DNA from: Planctomycetota bacterium
Lineage (GTDB): Bacteria > Planctomycetota > UBA8108 > UBA1146
Direction of reading: 5' to 3'
NCBI GenBank assembly: GCA_028825265.1
Contig: JAPKAM010000004.1
Coordinates: 333 to 64,332 of the forward strand
Length of the DNA stretch: 64,000 bases
The translations under genes were made by a program, and so were the position numbers. The number at the start of each line of letters is the position of its first letter. Position 1 is the first letter of the stretch. This document shows, piece after piece, positions 28,353 through 37,608 of the stretch. Below the pieces are notes generated by a model, which had not been told where the DNA came from, did not search any database, and saw only the letters and a list, made by a program, of their open reading frames with translations.

Positions 28353-28994
28353 ATGAACCCTTCACCACGAGCCGGATTCACCCTGGTCGAACTACTGGTG
28401 GTGATTGCCATCATCGGCGTTTTGGCTGGACTGGGTTCGAAGATGCTGAGCTTTGCCACCAAGAGCAGTGCCATCGGCCTGGCCGAACAGGAGATGCAAC
28501 GATTGGTGCTGGGCGTGGAAACCTATCAACTCGATTTCGGCGATTTCCCACCCAGTTCGATGGAGCAAGAGTACGAGATCTCCGGCAATGGTCTAGACGA
28601 GGGAAACGAGAGTTTGGTGGCCCATCTCGCCAGTCGCTCGAGAGGCCGGAGTTACTTCGAGTTCAAGGAGGAGTTTCTCGAGAATCTCGATGATGATCGT
28701 ATCGGTGATGCAGATCTCTATCAGCAGATGCGCTGGGTTTTCGGCGATGAACAACTGAGAGAATACGTAGATCCCTGGGGAGTTCCTTACGTCTACATTC
28801 ACAATAGAGATTACGGCATCGATTACTCTGTGACTCAAGAATCAGGCCCGATCAAGATCCACGCAGGGAATTCTCGTAAAACTGCGACCTATCATGAACC
28901 ACTTCGTTTCCAGATATGGTCAGCGGGGCCGGATGGTATTCACCAGATCGATGTCGATGATCCGGATGCCTCGGATGACGTGGCGCCATGGTGA
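28353..28994 (+). CDS. gspG: Major pseudopilin, GspG-like (type II secretion / type IV pilin-like)
   Basis: Class III signal RAG|FTLVELLVVIAIIGVLAGL with Glu+5, GspG 'DPWGVPYVY' motif, and C-terminal SAGPDG (cf. GspG GADG). 213 aa against a canonical ~145. Confidence 0.7.
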   Translation: MNPSPRAGFTLVELLVVIAIIGVLAGLGSKMLSFATKSSAIGLAEQEMQRLVLGVETYQLDFGDFPPSSMEQEYEISGNGLDEGNESLVAHLASRSRGRSYFEFKEEFLENLDDDRIGDADLYQQMRWVFGDEQLREYVDPWGVPYVYIHNRDYGIDYSVTQESGPIKIHAGNSRKTATYHEPLRFQIWSAGPDGIHQIDVDDPDASDDVAPW

Positions 28995-30376
28995 GAAGAA
29001 GTTTCGATTCGAATCACGGCGTGACCTTGATCGAGCTCCTGGTGGTGCTTTCGATCCTGTCGGTCATGCTCGGAATGTCGATGTCCGTTTTTCGGTCCTT
29101 CGGCGAGGCCCAGACGCTGGAGATCGCTTCCAGCAGCATCTCTACGACGGTCAGAGCTGCGCGGAACTGGTCGATCTCATCCGGGATGCAGAGCCGGATT
29201 CTGGTCGATCCAGAGCATCGTAAAGTGACCGCCTTCGGATTTCAATTGGCGGGTGCCTGGGGTTTCGAGGATTTTTACGGCCTTCCTGAAAAGCAGTTAT
29301 TGCCGCCGGGATCGGTGACCCTCGGTGCCTATCGCCAGCCAGCAGAACTGGTCGGCCAGGTGGAACCCTGTGCCGGATCGATCGGTCGAGGGGCGATGTT
29401 CGTCAACGATGGTGCCGCATTTCGTGCTCGTCGCCTGGCCAGTTACGAGGGTCGTAATGGGGTTTCCATCGAAGCGTGGGTTCATTTCTGGAAGCCGCCC
29501 TGGCGTCCAGAAGATGGAATTGAGCCGGATGGGGGCTTTTCCGATCCGCGGCGGGAGATGCGCATGGCCGTGCTTGGCATTCCCGATTCATTCGAGATGG
29601 GAATCCTCGGCGATGGCGCCGTTTACATGCAGATCGGTGATCCGCAGAGGGCCATCGATGGGCAATACATCCGCGCCCAGACGGAGGGATCTGCGGTCCT
29701 TGCGGATCGATGGGTACACCTGAGAGCCACTTTTGATTGTACCGAACTGATTCTCGAGGTGGACGGCGTCGAGCAGGCTTGGATTCCTGAGGGCTTCGAA
29801 ATGATCGAACAGTGGCCGCCATTACCCACTGCAATCCCTCACAGCGATTCCGATCTGTGGATTAGTCATCCCAATCGATTTTTCATGGGAGCCATCGATC
29901 AGGTGGTCCTGAGGGTGGCAACGACACCAGAGATCGTCGAATTGCCCATCGATATCGAACTGTTGGGTCCCACGACGCTGATTTATCTCGACAGCCGAGG
30001 GGCTCTCGATCCGTTGCTGCACAATTTCCCTGTGGTGATTCACGTGGCGGAGGTCGGAGATTTTTCTGAAATTGAAGCCGCAGATGGAACTGCAGTTGCA
30101 AAAGAAGGATTCAGGGATCGCATCGAACGAGAGCGACAGGAACAGGCGGCTAGAGACGGTGAGATCGTCCAGGCATTTGGCGATCCCATCTCGGATCTGA
30201 TGAAGCATCTGGAAGGCTGGGAAACCGATCCAGATGCTCTCATCGAAGAGGAAGAAGAGAAGAACCCGGTGCCATTGACTCCAGGAATGCACTACGGAAT
30301 TGGCGATGTGGATGGAACATCAGTGCTTCGTCTTCATAACATCGTGATTGATATGACGGGAGCTATTCGTGGTTAA
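28988..30376 (+). CDS. Large pseudopilin-like protein (GspH-like position)
   Basis: Prepilin N-terminus NHG|VTLIELLVVLSIL with Glu+5. 462 aa. Confidence 0.5.
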   Translation: MVRRSFDSNHGVTLIELLVVLSILSVMLGMSMSVFRSFGEAQTLEIASSSISTTVRAARNWSISSGMQSRILVDPEHRKVTAFGFQLAGAWGFEDFYGLPEKQLLPPGSVTLGAYRQPAELVGQVEPCAGSIGRGAMFVNDGAAFRARRLASYEGRNGVSIEAWVHFWKPPWRPEDGIEPDGGFSDPRREMRMAVLGIPDSFEMGILGDGAVYMQIGDPQRAIDGQYIRAQTEGSAVLADRWVHLRATFDCTELILEVDGVEQAWIPEGFEMIEQWPPLPTAIPHSDSDLWISHPNRFFMGAIDQVVLRVATTPEIVELPIDIELLGPTTLIYLDSRGALDPLLHNFPVVIHVAEVGDFSEIEAADGTAVAKEGFRDRIERERQEQAARDGEIVQAFGDPISDLMKHLEGWETDPDALIEEEEEKNPVPLTPGMHYGIGDVDGTSVLRLHNIVIDMTGAIRG

Positions 30377-33300
30377 GCCAGAGAGAAATCTTGAACGAGG
30401 AATGGCCTTGTTGATGGTCATCCTGGTGCTCTCCGCGCTGGCAGCGATCGGTACTCCGTTTGTGATTTCGATGAAACTTCAAGAAAGAGGTGCCGCTCGG
30501 GCAATCGCACAGCAGCACGCACAACTCGCTGCGCAAAGTGCCAGAGGACATGCTCTTAGCCGATTGTTCGATACTCATCATAGTCGAGAACGAGATCGCT
30601 GGCGCCCCGGAGTGGAGGCTCCTGACTTGGTCGATGGACTGGACGAATTGAAAGTCGACTTTCCTGGTGTGATCACAACTGTACCTGTGGTCGGTACACC
30701 TCCGGAGGATTTTCAAATTCGAGGTAATTCTCAGGTGATCCTCGATGCTCGCGTGACTGACGAGCAGGGCAAGATCAACATCAACTCTGCGATGCCTAAT
30801 CTCATGGGCAACTTGTTGGCCGGGAGTCATCTGTCCGAAGCGATCAGCTATGAAACGGATCTGGGAGAGTTGCCACTCGACGACACCTCTTCTTTTCCCG
30901 CGGATGATGATCCGGAGACGATTGATGGTGTCGTCGTGATCCTCAATCCGATCTTCTTCACTGTCGAGGCGATTTCATACACTGGAAAAACTGAAACAGC
31001 GTTGACCGGGATCTTCAGGGGACAATACCTGTCGGGGACATGGGAGCACCAGAAAGGTTGGCCAGTCTTCGACCTTCGTGGGTTGAAGGTCTTCTTGCAT
31101 CGGCTCGCCAATCTCTCTGACGGTGAAATCGCGACCTTCCGTACTCCGATTGGAATCCGTCAGATTGCCGATTGGTCGGTGGTTCCCTATTTCCTCAAGA
31201 CCCTGGCAGTGGTGGGGCTCAATTTCAAGAACATGGCGGAATGGGGTCTGACCACAGAGATGCTGGTGCGTGCGGGGATCGATCCATCCTTGCTCCAGGG
31301 GGATACAGAACAAGTGGATGAAGCGGAATATCGTAAAGCACGAAAGATGTTTCTCGATAATAACATCCCCAAGGATGTGGTCGATCTGGTCGAGTCGATT
31401 CGTGGAAAAGCTGCGGTGATCGAAGCGGCTGAGGTGGTCGCGGGCTTTGGTCTGACCAAGGCCAGGGGGAATGCATTCAAGGGTGTCTATCTGACCTTCA
31501 TCGCACCGGAGCTGAAGAAGATCAAGAAGAGGGGCAAGAGTTATTTCCCCAGCGCCATCCTCGCTTACCAGGAAATTTTTGATCTCCCCGGAATGGAAAC
31601 CTTTTCAGCTTTTGAGTTTGAGCAAATCCGCGACCTGATCACGACCACCTCGACCCAGCCGAGGGCATGGTCGCAGGAACAGATGGTCGAGGGAGAGATC
31701 ACCGATAGTGCGCTACTCGGAGTCCCGCAGATGCGTCTGCCACGGTATGACTTCTTCAATCCTGGAACTGTGGTGAGAATCCGCAGCATCGATGATCCCT
31801 CGAAGGTTGAATATGGACTCGCTGCGGGGGCTTTCCCGACTCCTCGGGGAGGATTCCGGGGATTGGGAGCTGGCTCCATCTTTCAGGGCGGTGTGATTCT
31901 CAAGGAACCCTTGAAATATCAGTGGGGCGAGCGCGAGGCGATGGTTAGTGCCGCACTTCGGCATCCGGTCAACATCAATACCGCCCCTCGTAGGGTCCTC
32001 GAAGCGGTCTTGACCGGGCTCTCCACCGATCGGTTCGAGGCACGATTCAACGGAGTGACCGTCGAAGAAGCGCGTGGATTGACCGACCTCCTGATGGAAG
32101 CGATGCCGATTTCTGGTTTCGCCGCTTTGCGGGAGGTGGTGGAAGCCGCTCAGATGAGTGGCGTCCTCGATGGCGGTGATTCCGAAGCGATTCTCATTAA
32201 CGCACTGAACCCAAATCAGCCACGACTCTCCATCTCCACCACGGGATTTTGTTACGCCACTTCTGAGATCTACACCGTTGAATCGACCGGAGTGGCCAGG
32301 AGCCCGGTGGGTACTCCTCAAGCGACGGTTCGCCTTCGTGAGGTGATCGAGGTTGCACCTCCGGATCCGCTTTCGCTAAGGCTGGAAACGCAGGAGGACT
32401 GGTCTTCCATCTTTCTCACACGTAATTCGAGCGGTGGGATGTTCTCTCGATTCAACACGACTTTCGTCCCCGGTCGGGCGTCGAACCTGGTGATCAGTGG
32501 TCCGATCCCTCTCAACCGTCGCAAGTTCACCGGGCCTTCTCTCGATGAAGGAACTCTTCGTGGAGCGACCATCTCGTATGATCGAGATTCAGGGAACTAC
32601 GGTTTCGGCTCGGTCGGCTTGCTGGATGTCGAGCACTTTAGCGAAACCATCGAGGGGTATGAACTGGAAGACGGTTCCTGGAAGCGATCGATTCTCCTCC
32701 AGCAAGAAACCGAACCGACTCGGGGCCGAGGACGCAGGGGGGCGGCGCCTGATCCCCAAGTTTTGGATCAAAATTCGACTGAAGACGCCCTTTCGACCAT
32801 CCCTGCGATGATTGATTTCTGGTACCGCCCGCGCTGGGGCTCGCGAAGTGGAAACCGAATTATCTTCGATACCGTGGGCCCGACCCTGGATCGATATCGT
32901 GATCGTGTGCGATTGTTCTTCTCCGGGGATACACAGGAACTGGTGCTGCAGGTCTTTGATGAGACCGGATCTGCAGTGGCGTGGGATACCAATGTTCTAC
33001 CTGCGGCAGAGGTTCGGCACTCGGTCACGACCATCAACTTTGCAGATGACACCTGGTATCACATCTCTGCGGGATGGAGATCGACGAGGCCTGGAGATCT
33101 GGTGCTGATGATCGATCGTCGGCCGGTCGGTCGTCAGTCCTGGTTGTCACGCCTCAATGGTGCGCTTTCATTCTCGGGCAATCGTGTTTCCATCGTCGAT
33201 GGTGACATGGCGACCCGGTTCCCCCCGATGGGCACCTTGCTGGTGGGTTCTGAAGCGATCGATTACTCGGGTCGGGAAGGGGCTGCCTTCATCGTCAGGT

Positions 33301-36092
33301 CACCAGGGCTCAACGGCTCTCCTCCGATCGGGCGCGGAGTTCGTGGGACGGTTCGGTCGAGCCATGCTGCGGGCACTCCTGTAAGGCTTCTGGGGTATTC
33401 ATTGCCCATCGCCAATTCTGATCCACGACGCGGACTGGCCGATTCCTCCAGTGACATCATCATCGGTCCTGGTGGGGCATCTCTGGAGATTGAGATCACT
33501 CCGACGATGAGGGTTGCGGCCTTCAACACCGGTACAGGTGCAGTGGAATTGACGCCTGCGACATTTTCACGTGCCTCGACCCAGATCCCCTTCTCTGCCG
33601 GAAGTCCCGTGACCAGTACCCTGGAATTGGAGCCGTTTGCGGCCACTTCGTCTTCCTTGCTGGTTCAGACCAACGGAAGCCATCCTCTGGAACTGGGTTT
33701 TCCGCCGCGAGGATATCTTCATATCCAACAGTGGACCCAGCAGGGGATCGAAAGGGCGCAATTGGTGGCGTCTGAATTCGCCAAGTACTCCTCCATCACT
33801 CCGGGACCGATCCCTGGCCTCTATCGCTTCACCGCCATGGGTAGAGCGCTGCTAAACTCGACGGCGACCCAGGGTGTCATCACGGCCACCTCCACAACCA
33901 CCCTGCAGGTCAGGGGTGTTTCTATCGAGTCGAATGCGACCGATTTGAATCTGAGTTATGCACCTTCCGGTGTGATTCAGATCGATTACATGCCTGGCTC
34001 GCAGAGTCTCGGGCTGCTCCAGGATGCCGAATGGATTCGATACACGCAGATCGCCGAGGGCAAGTTCTTCATCTGTGATCCGGATCAGGTCGAGGCCTTT
34101 CGTGGCTTCACCGGGGACCAGTACATCAACACCAGTGATCCATTCCGTCGTAATCGGCCACTGTGGGATATGAATGGCATCGTGCGCCATGCTGCCGGAC
34201 AGGAGATCACTCAGGTGGTCCGCGCGGTCGGGGCCTCTGCTGGATTTGGTGACGAAGTGATCCTCGGGGATGGCTATGGCGATCCGACTACCCGGCTGCG
34301 AGAAGAAACGCCGCTGAGAGTTCGCAAGGTCCGCGAAACCGACAGTGGCACCTATGTCAGCTTTTACTGGCCTCCTGAGGGAATCTATCGGCCGGGACAG
34401 GATCCACGAATCCGTCGTTTCCCCAGTGGTGGTTTACCTTCTTCATCCAACGGGGAGATTCGCTTCGGGTCATCGATGATCAGCGGCGATGGGATCGATG
34501 CACCGGGGACCCTGGACGAGGTTCGTTTTAGTCGCCTCGACTCGAGTGACGTCGACACCTATGCATTTCCCGCCGCTTCCAATGGTGGGTTCCGGACGAT
34601 GCCGATCCAGGCTTCGCCGGGATTGCCGTCGGGGGTTCGAACCGAGGTGCTGCGTAGCGGATACACGGAACAGGATTCTGAACAGCCGGGCGGAGTGCTC
34701 GACAAGATTCACTTGTTGGCTCGTTCAAAACTCACCGCTTCCGCTGTGACGCCACCGGAAGGTGCCACTGATTTCACTGCAGGATCGGTTCGATCCTTTT
34801 CAGTCGGCGATCCTCGAGGATTTGGGCTGGGAAAACGAGAAGGATTGTTTCAGGTCGATGATGAGGTGATGCATTACACCTTTGACCCCGGCTCGGTCGA
34901 GGCCTCGGTGGTGATCCAGTTGGAGCAGGATCTTCCGCGCGATCCTTACCTGGATGAAGATGCGCTCGGTGAAGGGGAGGTGGTTCCCTATGACCCCAAC
35001 CGAGACCTGAGAGTGGAAGTGGTCAACATTGTCCGGGTCAACAACACCGCCAACCTACCTCCCAACGGCGGATTCCTTGAGATGATCTCCGGACCCACCA
35101 ACGAAGTGCTCTACTACCAGCAAGCTTCGAACGGGGTGCTACGCAATGTGCTGCGCGGCCAGCTCGGATCATCGGTGGGTGGGTATGTTTATCAGTGGTC
35201 CTACACCGACGCCGCCGGTGCTGTTCAAGTTGTGACCAATACCCACCAATTGCGGTTGATCCCCAGTCGTACCATCGATGTGATGACCCGAGGAATGCTC
35301 ACCACGGAACGTGCTAGCAATGAGTTGGGACACGAACCTCTGGTTCCGCTCCCCAGTATCCCAGTGGCACGGCTCGCCGGGCAGGTCGCTGAATCGGGTT
35401 TGACGCTGGAGGTGATGGGACTTCCCGGAAACGAAGGTGAGAATCGCCAGCTGCTGGGATTCCCTTCCGGCGAGGGATATCTGCTGGTGGATGACGGAAT
35501 CGTCTCGACACCCGACGAGATCATCGCTCACACCGGAGCGCAGGGCGGTAGCTTTGGACTGTTCCGTGACGATCGCACTGGCAAGGGAATTTTCCGCGGT
35601 CGCTTCGGCACCGATTTTAAGGTCCATGCCGCGGGTACCCCTGTCATCGAACTTCTGGCTCGACATCACGATCGTTATCAGCCGCTGGTGGAATCGAAGG
35701 ATCTCCAGTATCTCGAGCGGGCCTGGACGATGCCAGGAACGATGTGGGACCGCATCAGTTGGGCTGTGGAACAGTCTCGAAACCGTTCCACCGCCGGAAC
35801 CGTACGAATACTCGCCCGTTTTGATGGCATCCCTGGTTGGGATTCCACTCCGACCAATGCACCGGGTGGGCTCTATCTGTTCGACGATCCAGATGACGCG
35901 AATCGACTGGGGAGATTTGGTGATGCGATTGAAATTCGGATTCACTATCGTCACCGAAAAGGAGCCTTTGGCCTGACGCGTCAGTCGGGGATCTGGAATG
36001 ACGAATGGAAACATCTTCCCATCTTGAAAAGCGTAGCGATCGAGCACCGCAAGGAGTGGCGTATCTTGCATCACGAGGAATACCCGTATTGA
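30369..36092 (+). CDS. Giant GspK-like minor pseudopilin (1907 aa)
   Basis: GTG start. GspK-type N-terminus RG|MALLMVILVLSALAAIG lacking Glu+5, as in GspK. GspK family motif HPVNINTAPRRVLEAVLTGLS, followed by >1500 aa of extra sequence. Confidence 0.5.
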   Translation: MVKPERNLERGMALLMVILVLSALAAIGTPFVISMKLQERGAARAIAQQHAQLAAQSARGHALSRLFDTHHSRERDRWRPGVEAPDLVDGLDELKVDFPGVITTVPVVGTPPEDFQIRGNSQVILDARVTDEQGKININSAMPNLMGNLLAGSHLSEAISYETDLGELPLDDTSSFPADDDPETIDGVVVILNPIFFTVEAISYTGKTETALTGIFRGQYLSGTWEHQKGWPVFDLRGLKVFLHRLANLSDGEIATFRTPIGIRQIADWSVVPYFLKTLAVVGLNFKNMAEWGLTTEMLVRAGIDPSLLQGDTEQVDEAEYRKARKMFLDNNIPKDVVDLVESIRGKAAVIEAAEVVAGFGLTKARGNAFKGVYLTFIAPELKKIKKRGKSYFPSAILAYQEIFDLPGMETFSAFEFEQIRDLITTTSTQPRAWSQEQMVEGEITDSALLGVPQMRLPRYDFFNPGTVVRIRSIDDPSKVEYGLAAGAFPTPRGGFRGLGAGSIFQGGVILKEPLKYQWGEREAMVSAALRHPVNINTAPRRVLEAVLTGLSTDRFEARFNGVTVEEARGLTDLLMEAMPISGFAALREVVEAAQMSGVLDGGDSEAILINALNPNQPRLSISTTGFCYATSEIYTVESTGVARSPVGTPQATVRLREVIEVAPPDPLSLRLETQEDWSSIFLTRNSSGGMFSRFNTTFVPGRASNLVISGPIPLNRRKFTGPSLDEGTLRGATISYDRDSGNYGFGSVGLLDVEHFSETIEGYELEDGSWKRSILLQQETEPTRGRGRRGAAPDPQVLDQNSTEDALSTIPAMIDFWYRPRWGSRSGNRIIFDTVGPTLDRYRDRVRLFFSGDTQELVLQVFDETGSAVAWDTNVLPAAEVRHSVTTINFADDTWYHISAGWRSTRPGDLVLMIDRRPVGRQSWLSRLNGALSFSGNRVSIVDGDMATRFPPMGTLLVGSEAIDYSGREGAAFIVRSPGLNGSPPIGRGVRGTVRSSHAAGTPVRLLGYSLPIANSDPRRGLADSSSDIIIGPGGASLEIEITPTMRVAAFNTGTGAVELTPATFSRASTQIPFSAGSPVTSTLELEPFAATSSSLLVQTNGSHPLELGFPPRGYLHIQQWTQQGIERAQLVASEFAKYSSITPGPIPGLYRFTAMGRALLNSTATQGVITATSTTTLQVRGVSIESNATDLNLSYAPSGVIQIDYMPGSQSLGLLQDAEWIRYTQIAEGKFFICDPDQVEAFRGFTGDQYINTSDPFRRNRPLWDMNGIVRHAAGQEITQVVRAVGASAGFGDEVILGDGYGDPTTRLREETPLRVRKVRETDSGTYVSFYWPPEGIYRPGQDPRIRRFPSGGLPSSSNGEIRFGSSMISGDGIDAPGTLDEVRFSRLDSSDVDTYAFPAASNGGFRTMPIQASPGLPSGVRTEVLRSGYTEQDSEQPGGVLDKIHLLARSKLTASAVTPPEGATDFTAGSVRSFSVGDPRGFGLGKREGLFQVDDEVMHYTFDPGSVEASVVIQLEQDLPRDPYLDEDALGEGEVVPYDPNRDLRVEVVNIVRVNNTANLPPNGGFLEMISGPTNEVLYYQQASNGVLRNVLRGQLGSSVGGYVYQWSYTDAAGAVQVVTNTHQLRLIPSRTIDVMTRGMLTTERASNELGHEPLVPLPSIPVARLAGQVAESGLTLEVMGLPGNEGENRQLLGFPSGEGYLLVDDGIVSTPDEIIAHTGAQGGSFGLFRDDRTGKGIFRGRFGTDFKVHAAGTPVIELLARHHDRYQPLVESKDLQYLERAWTMPGTMWDRISWAVEQSRNRSTAGTVRILARFDGIPGWDSTPTNAPGGLYLFDDPDDANRLGRFGDAIEIRIHYRHRKGAFGLTRQSGIWNDEWKHLPILKSVAIEHRKEWRILHHEEYPY

Positions 36093-37174
36093 TGAACAAA
36101 GAACAAGGAATGACTCTGATCGAGATTCTCGTATCGCTGGGTATCTTCGTGATGCTCGGGAGTGGCCTGGTTGTGTTTCTGAAAGATGGAATTTCCACCT
36201 GGCAAGTCGGCGAATCGAGACGTGAAGCGATCGAACGATCGGAGGCGATTCTGCAGCCGCTTTGTGCCGATCTGAGATCTCTCTTCTCGCAACCCGATCC
36301 TGGACCTGGTGGTGGACTCGTCGATGTACTGCTGCTGTGTGATCGTGACGCTCTGGGTCGATCCCGATTGCGCATGGTCAGTGTGCTTGACGAGGAGGTT
36401 CGCAATCCGATCACCCGGATTGCTGGATCGCTGACGGGCGGTCTTGCCGACATCGATTACCGAAATGATGCGATGGAAGCTCGGCTGGGAATTCTTCGTG
36501 CCCCTGGCGGCCTGTGCGAGGTGAGCTATTCGATGGGACCCGCGGCAGGTTCCGAAGTGTTGTGGAAGGGGTTCAAGAGCCCCATCGGGGGCGAAGGCAC
36601 CCTTTTCAATCAGGCCAACTTGGCGCCCGATGTCGATGGCACTCCGATGCGGAGTCGCCCCATCGCCGATGGTGTGCTCTACATCGAATGGTCCTTCTGG
36701 GGTGGAGATCGTCGTCGCTGGGTCGATGGCAAAATCCAGCCCCCGATCACCCGCTGGGATTCGACTCGCGGTATCTTGCCGATGGATCGAAAAACTGGAA
36801 TTCGCTGGGATCCTGACAGTCGAGATGATCCCTCCGATGATGTGTTCCCCGACACCGTCGAGGTGCTGCTGGTTCTGAGACCTGCCCGGTCGATGGCTCT
36901 AGCAAGACTGATTTCGGATATCGACGATAGAACCGCTGAGATTCGGGTTGATTCCACCGCGCAGTATCCAGTGGGTCCTGATCATTACATCCGCATCGAC
37001 TCCGAATGGATTCGCGTGGGGCGCATCACACGAGGTGCTTTTCTCGATTGCGAAAGAGGAATGCGAGGTTCGGTAGCGCAGCAACACGCACGTCTGCGGC
37101 CGGTGGTCCACGGCTCTGAATTCCGGAAAACGGTTCGGATTCCAGGATCCCGGGATCCGGGGGGGCAGCGATGA
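36092..37174 (+). CDS. Pseudopilin-like protein (GspJ-like position)
   Basis: QG|MTLIEILVSLGIFVMLGS with Glu+5. TGATG overlap with the giant gene; the ORF track starts it earlier, at 36005. Confidence 0.55.
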   Translation: MNKEQGMTLIEILVSLGIFVMLGSGLVVFLKDGISTWQVGESRREAIERSEAILQPLCADLRSLFSQPDPGPGGGLVDVLLLCDRDALGRSRLRMVSVLDEEVRNPITRIAGSLTGGLADIDYRNDAMEARLGILRAPGGLCEVSYSMGPAAGSEVLWKGFKSPIGGEGTLFNQANLAPDVDGTPMRSRPIADGVLYIEWSFWGGDRRRWVDGKIQPPITRWDSTRGILPMDRKTGIRWDPDSRDDPSDDVFPDTVEVLLVLRPARSMALARLISDIDDRTAEIRVDSTAQYPVGPDHYIRIDSEWIRVGRITRGAFLDCERGMRGSVAQQHARLRPVVHGSEFRKTVRIPGSRDPGGQR

Positions 37175-37596
37175 AAGTGCAGCACAAAGAATCAGGATTC
37201 ACCTTGCTCGAGGTGGTCGTGGCTCTCGGAATCCTGACGGTCGGAGTCAGTGCTGCCATCTCCCTGTTCGCCGCAGGTACCGCTTCGCATCGGCGTGCGG
37301 TCGATCGGATCCGGGCCATCGAGGTCTCGGAAGTGGTCCTCTCCGCCCTCGAAGGGACGATTCGCGACGGAGCAACGGTGACCGATTTGATCCAGAATCC
37401 ACCGTGGCAACCATTGATCTCTCGGTGGCCTGGAATCTCAGTGGAGGTGCGTTATGGCACCGTTCCCAAGGTAGACTTCACCGATGAGCTGCTGGTCGAG
37501 ATTCATGTGCAGTGGATCTCTCGCGGGCTCGATAGTGAGGAAGTGTTTCGACAGATCGTTCCGAGGATGAGAAGTATCCGATTGGATGCGCCCTGA
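37171..37596 (+). CDS. Small pseudopilin (GspI-like)
   Basis: SG|FTLLEVVVALGILTVGVSAAISLF with Glu+5. 141 aa. ATGA overlap. Confidence 0.6.
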   Translation: MKVQHKESGFTLLEVVVALGILTVGVSAAISLFAAGTASHRRAVDRIRAIEVSEVVLSALEGTIRDGATVTDLIQNPPWQPLISRWPGISVEVRYGTVPKVDFTDELLVEIHVQWISRGLDSEEVFRQIVPRMRSIRLDAP

Positions 37597-37608
37597 GACG
37601 GGATCGGG

